From NCBI GenBank assembly GCA_965222225.1, contig CBDCTK010000002.1:480001-544000 (forward strand): a DNA stretch of 64,000 bases. Direction: 5' to 3'. This DNA is from Candidatus Poribacteria bacterium. Its GTDB lineage: Bacteria; Poribacteria; WGA-4E; JAJDTR01. Below are positions 61,264-64,000 of this stretch, in pieces (position 1 is the first letter of the stretch; the number at the start of each line of letters is the position of its first letter). The notes beneath the pieces are model-generated. The model was given only the letters and a program-made list of their open reading frames with translations, was not told the DNA's origin and searched no databases. The translations under genes and the position numbers were made by a program.

Positions 61264-62136
61264 CTAAGAGACTGAATCCCGTGATTCGTGTTCATCCGAA
61301 GATGGTGGGTTTGTCCCATCAGTGGTGTCAGATGTACCCACAGTGTAGTCTGTTGGAGGAGTCGCTTCAGGTTTCTCAGGAACTTCACTTGCTTCAACTG
61401 CTGCCTCGAGTTGGCGAATGCGGGTTAACAACTGATTGAACAACTTTTTCGAAGTTTCAGCCGCCTTCAACTCCGCCGAGAGTTGCGTCCACTGCTGTTC
61501 GGTCATGTCGTTTCGAGACTCAACCGCGTAACGACGCCTAACATAACTCCAAAAATCGGATCGCGCAATCCCCTGTTTTTCGAGCCGTCCCTCTAGTTTT
61601 GCCGAGAGTGCGAAAGCTGCTTTTTGTGCACCAGAAATCTTATCTTGCTGAGGCGTAGAGTCTGATTCGGTTTGGGGTTCTGCGGGAACCGCTTGGCGAT
61701 TCAGGTAGAAGTTGAGTACCTCTTTAATCACGTGCACGGGAATCAATTGCTTAATTGCGTTGCGTTGCGCTTTATGAATTGCTTTCGTGAAGGCGTGCGG
61801 ATCGGAACGATTCCCCATGGCCTTTACCTGTTCATAAGCTCCATAACGTGAAGAACCGGTCACGGTGTCGGTTGCCTTTGCAATTGCAAGCCATGAATGC
61901 TCCCGTTCCTCATAATCTACACTATCGATCTGAATTCCCCCTCTACGATTTGCAGCTTCGTTGATTCCTGCTAGTGTCAATCCTTCAACCGTCCGCCCGC
62001 CCTGCTTGAATGAGTAGACGTAATCCTCAATCGCCTGGCCCGTCATCATTTCAATAATTGCCCGATCGTCGACTTGGTCAAGAACTTCATATTCGGCTAC
62101 CCGAACCATCTCATTTTTATTTGATTCTTGCGTCAT
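61264..62136 (-). CDS. hypothetical protein, possible Rad52/Sak-like single-strand annealing fold
   Basis: GLTLAGINEAA...AKATDTVTG...AFTKAIHKAQRNAIKQLIP resembles SSAP cores; acidic disordered tail. Confidence 0.5.
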   Translation of the reverse strand: MTQESNKNEMVRVAEYEVLDQVDDRAIIEMMTGQAIEDYVYSFKQGGRTVEGLTLAGINEAANRRGGIQIDSVDYEEREHSWLAIAKATDTVTGSSRYGAYEQVKAMGNRSDPHAFTKAIHKAQRNAIKQLIPVHVIKEVLNFYLNRQAVPAEPQTESDSTPQQDKISGAQKAAFALSAKLEGRLEKQGIARSDFWSYVRRRYAVESRNDMTEQQWTQLSAELKAAETSKKLFNQLLTRIRQLEAAVEASEVPEKPEATPPTDYTVGTSDTTDGTNPPSSDEHESRDSVS

Positions 62137-62366
62137 CGCTCCTCCCTATCCACATTCGAAATCATTGTAAACGAATCTTCACGAACTTTTCTAACCAAGG
62201 TTGGTTGAAACGGAAATTGTAACCTCAATCAAGGAAAATTGATGATACTTCACAACCCGCAGTGCTGACTAACAAAACGCGGTACCCTATCTTAAGAAGT
62301 ATTCCCAGTCACCGTTCCCATAACTTCGTCGCCTGTAGATACGGTTCTTAAGTTTCCGAGTTGGAA

Positions 62367-63215
62367 TTAAGATTCTGCCTCCTTTATAGCTTCTCTATCC
62401 GCAGTTGCCCACTCCGCCCAGCGTTCTTCATCGGGAGTCAGGAAGCCGGAATTACATCGTGCCTGAAGTTGATCGTCAACGCCAAGGAGCCGCATTGAGC
62501 GATGATCATTTCGGGCGCGAGCTTCACCGAGAAGTTGCTGGGTCAGCGGACCACTATGGTTATCCGTGTGTTTCAACCATGTGAGGTTGTAAAAGATGCT
62601 AAAAAAATATCGCAGCTTTCCATATGTTGACGTGTTCGGCGTTCCCGAATGCACTAGATTGACGTGTGTCATGACGACATCGCCGAGTTTCATGTTTATG
62701 ACTGCCTCATCGGGATGCGGCTTCGATCTGTCGTCGGGGGAAATTGTGAGAGAGCGGCGATGTGAACCGGGAATAACACGCAATGGTCCCATCTCATCGG
62801 TAAGTTCTTGAAGGTATGAAATGGCATTAATCGCATTGGGTCTTTCGTAAGTACTCCCTCGAGGAACTTGGCCCCATCGGTCTCTGTGCCAGCCTGAAAC
62901 TTTACCCTCTACCTCTTCTTTCGGGACGGGGTAGAAGACAGCAAGTGTCAAATTGTCAAGTTGGACAAAGGGGCCCATCACAAGCTCTGCAAAATCTACG
63001 ATAGTTGGGTGCGACACCGCGGGCCACATGAGTTTCGGAGCATATTCTAACATGTTCCCAAACCAGGTTCTTTTATCAAATTCAGCATATAATTGCTCGT
63101 GTCTTTCGCGCCACGCATTCATTTCGGCTTCACTGAAGAGGCTGGGGAAAATGGTGTAACCGTTCTTTTTGTAGAATTCGAGATGTACGCTATAATCGGT
63201 GCTCATTAACGACAT
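62367..63215 (-). CDS. PhyH family dioxygenase
   Basis: WHRD, YLQELTDEMGPLRVIPGSH, GDVVMTHVNLVHSG. Confidence 0.88.
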   Translation of the reverse strand: MSLMSTDYSVHLEFYKKNGYTIFPSLFSEAEMNAWRERHEQLYAEFDKRTWFGNMLEYAPKLMWPAVSHPTIVDFAELVMGPFVQLDNLTLAVFYPVPKEEVEGKVSGWHRDRWGQVPRGSTYERPNAINAISYLQELTDEMGPLRVIPGSHRRSLTISPDDRSKPHPDEAVINMKLGDVVMTHVNLVHSGTPNTSTYGKLRYFFSIFYNLTWLKHTDNHSGPLTQQLLGEARARNDHRSMRLLGVDDQLQARCNSGFLTPDEERWAEWATADREAIKEAES

Positions 63216-63292
63216 GCCTCAAGGTGATTATCCGTAAAGCCGAGCGTCAAACGCGATTGACGAAACAGTACATAGAGAAGATTATGTACACC

Positions 63293-63321
63293 ATTATAGC
63301 AAGAGCGCAGCGCTCAATCAA
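63293..63321 (-). promoter_or_regulatory. sigma70 promoter for the PhyH gene
   Basis: TTGATT-N17-TATAAT with extended TG. Confidence 0.6.
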
Positions 63322-63460
63322 TAAATTTCTTGAGTATGGAGCTATTGGAGATTAGAGGAAAACCCACGGGGTAACCGAGGCGATTGGCGTTCTCATCAGT
63401 TGAGGAAGTTCAACTGCCGCCTCACAGTTGCGTTATTCACCTTAACCGTCATGATACTTC

Positions 63461-63490
63461 TTGAATCCTTCAAACACCTGATGGTATAAT
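63461..63490 (+). promoter_or_regulatory. sigma70 promoter for the cytochrome-porin gene
   Basis: TTGAAT-N18-TATAAT with extended TG. Confidence 0.55.
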
Positions 63491-63580
63491 GAGATATGGC
63501 TGGCGCTTAGACCGTTAAATGAATTTTCGCTAGCCTTCTTTTTTCTCAATGAAGTTTGATTTTTGAAAGCGGTGTATCAA

Positions 63581-64000
63581 TTGAAATCTAATTTCCAATC
63601 CTACTTAGTATTTTTCTTAAGTTCGGTGTCATTAATTTTGTTCGTTGTCACAGATGCTGGTGCTAGACCCGAGTTTGCCGTACAGGAGGAGAAGGAATGC
63701 ATCTTCTGCCACATTGATCCGGCAGGCGGAGGGCCACGAAACGAAATCGGGCAAGTGTTTGAGGATAACTACTTTGAATTTCCTGAAGACTTCGATGCAG
63801 AAGCAATCATGGCGGAAGCCGAGGCCGTTGCCAAGAGACTCACAACCGCAATAGACATTCGTACCGCATACATCAAGACAAATGATGTAGATCACTCCGA
63901 TCGGGCGAGGGCTAACTGTAATTCCTGCCATTCAGCTATCGACAGTTTCTACATGATGCAGGGCGAATTGACACTCAACGCCCAGGCATCCGAGAAGGTC
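63581..64000 (+). CDS. Cyc2-like cytochrome c-porin fusion, 3'-partial, two CxxCH motifs
   Basis: Not in the ORF track. TTG start: MKSNFQSYLVFFLSSVSLILFVVTDAGA|RPEFAVQEEKECIFCHIDPAGGGPRNEIGQVF...IDIRTAY...NCNSCH...FYMMQGELTLNAQASEKV; open to the window end. Confidence 0.75.
   Translation, partial: MKSNFQSYLVFFLSSVSLILFVVTDAGARPEFAVQEEKECIFCHIDPAGGGPRNEIGQVFEDNYFEFPEDFDAEAIMAEAEAVAKRLTTAIDIRTAYIKTNDVDHSDRARANCNSCHSAIDSFYMMQGELTLNAQASEKV

Overview
Bacterial chromosomal window, gene-dense, no rRNA/tRNA/CRISPR/transposase recognised. Gene content (several PhyH dioxygenases, many TPR/PEGA/lipoproteins, a ~70-aa insert domain in RseP) suggests Candidatus Poribacteria (inference only). Core genes: priA, family-4 UDG, rseP-dxr-cdsA-frr-tsf-rpsB (no pyrH or uppS; S2 leader RNA present), lysA, argE-like, hisG, pepA. 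Main points: (1) an accessory operon at 37.4-44.7 kb: a 29-aa hydrophobic ORF, then a TerY-P-type triad (vWA, PP2C, Ser/Thr kinase) whose phosphatase and kinase are membrane-anchored, coupled to a ~1200-aa secreted double-trypsin protease ending in a predicted outer-membrane beta-barrel; (2) a hidden selenoprotein (lipoprotein-Prx-like fusion, W-U-P-F-C plus SECIS-like hairpin) in an exported redox cluster; (3) a Cyc2-like cytochrome-porin with a second CxxCH, missed by the ORF track at the right edge; (4) HisG with an in-frame ~100-aa Cys/His-rich N-terminal extension; (5) a Dph6-family gene broken by one TAA; (6) small ORFs and hairpins upstream of a stand-alone sigma-region-4 protein, two candidate structured RNAs, GTAG-type REPs and an unnamed dispersed repeat. 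All family calls come from motif recognition by eye; no searches were run.
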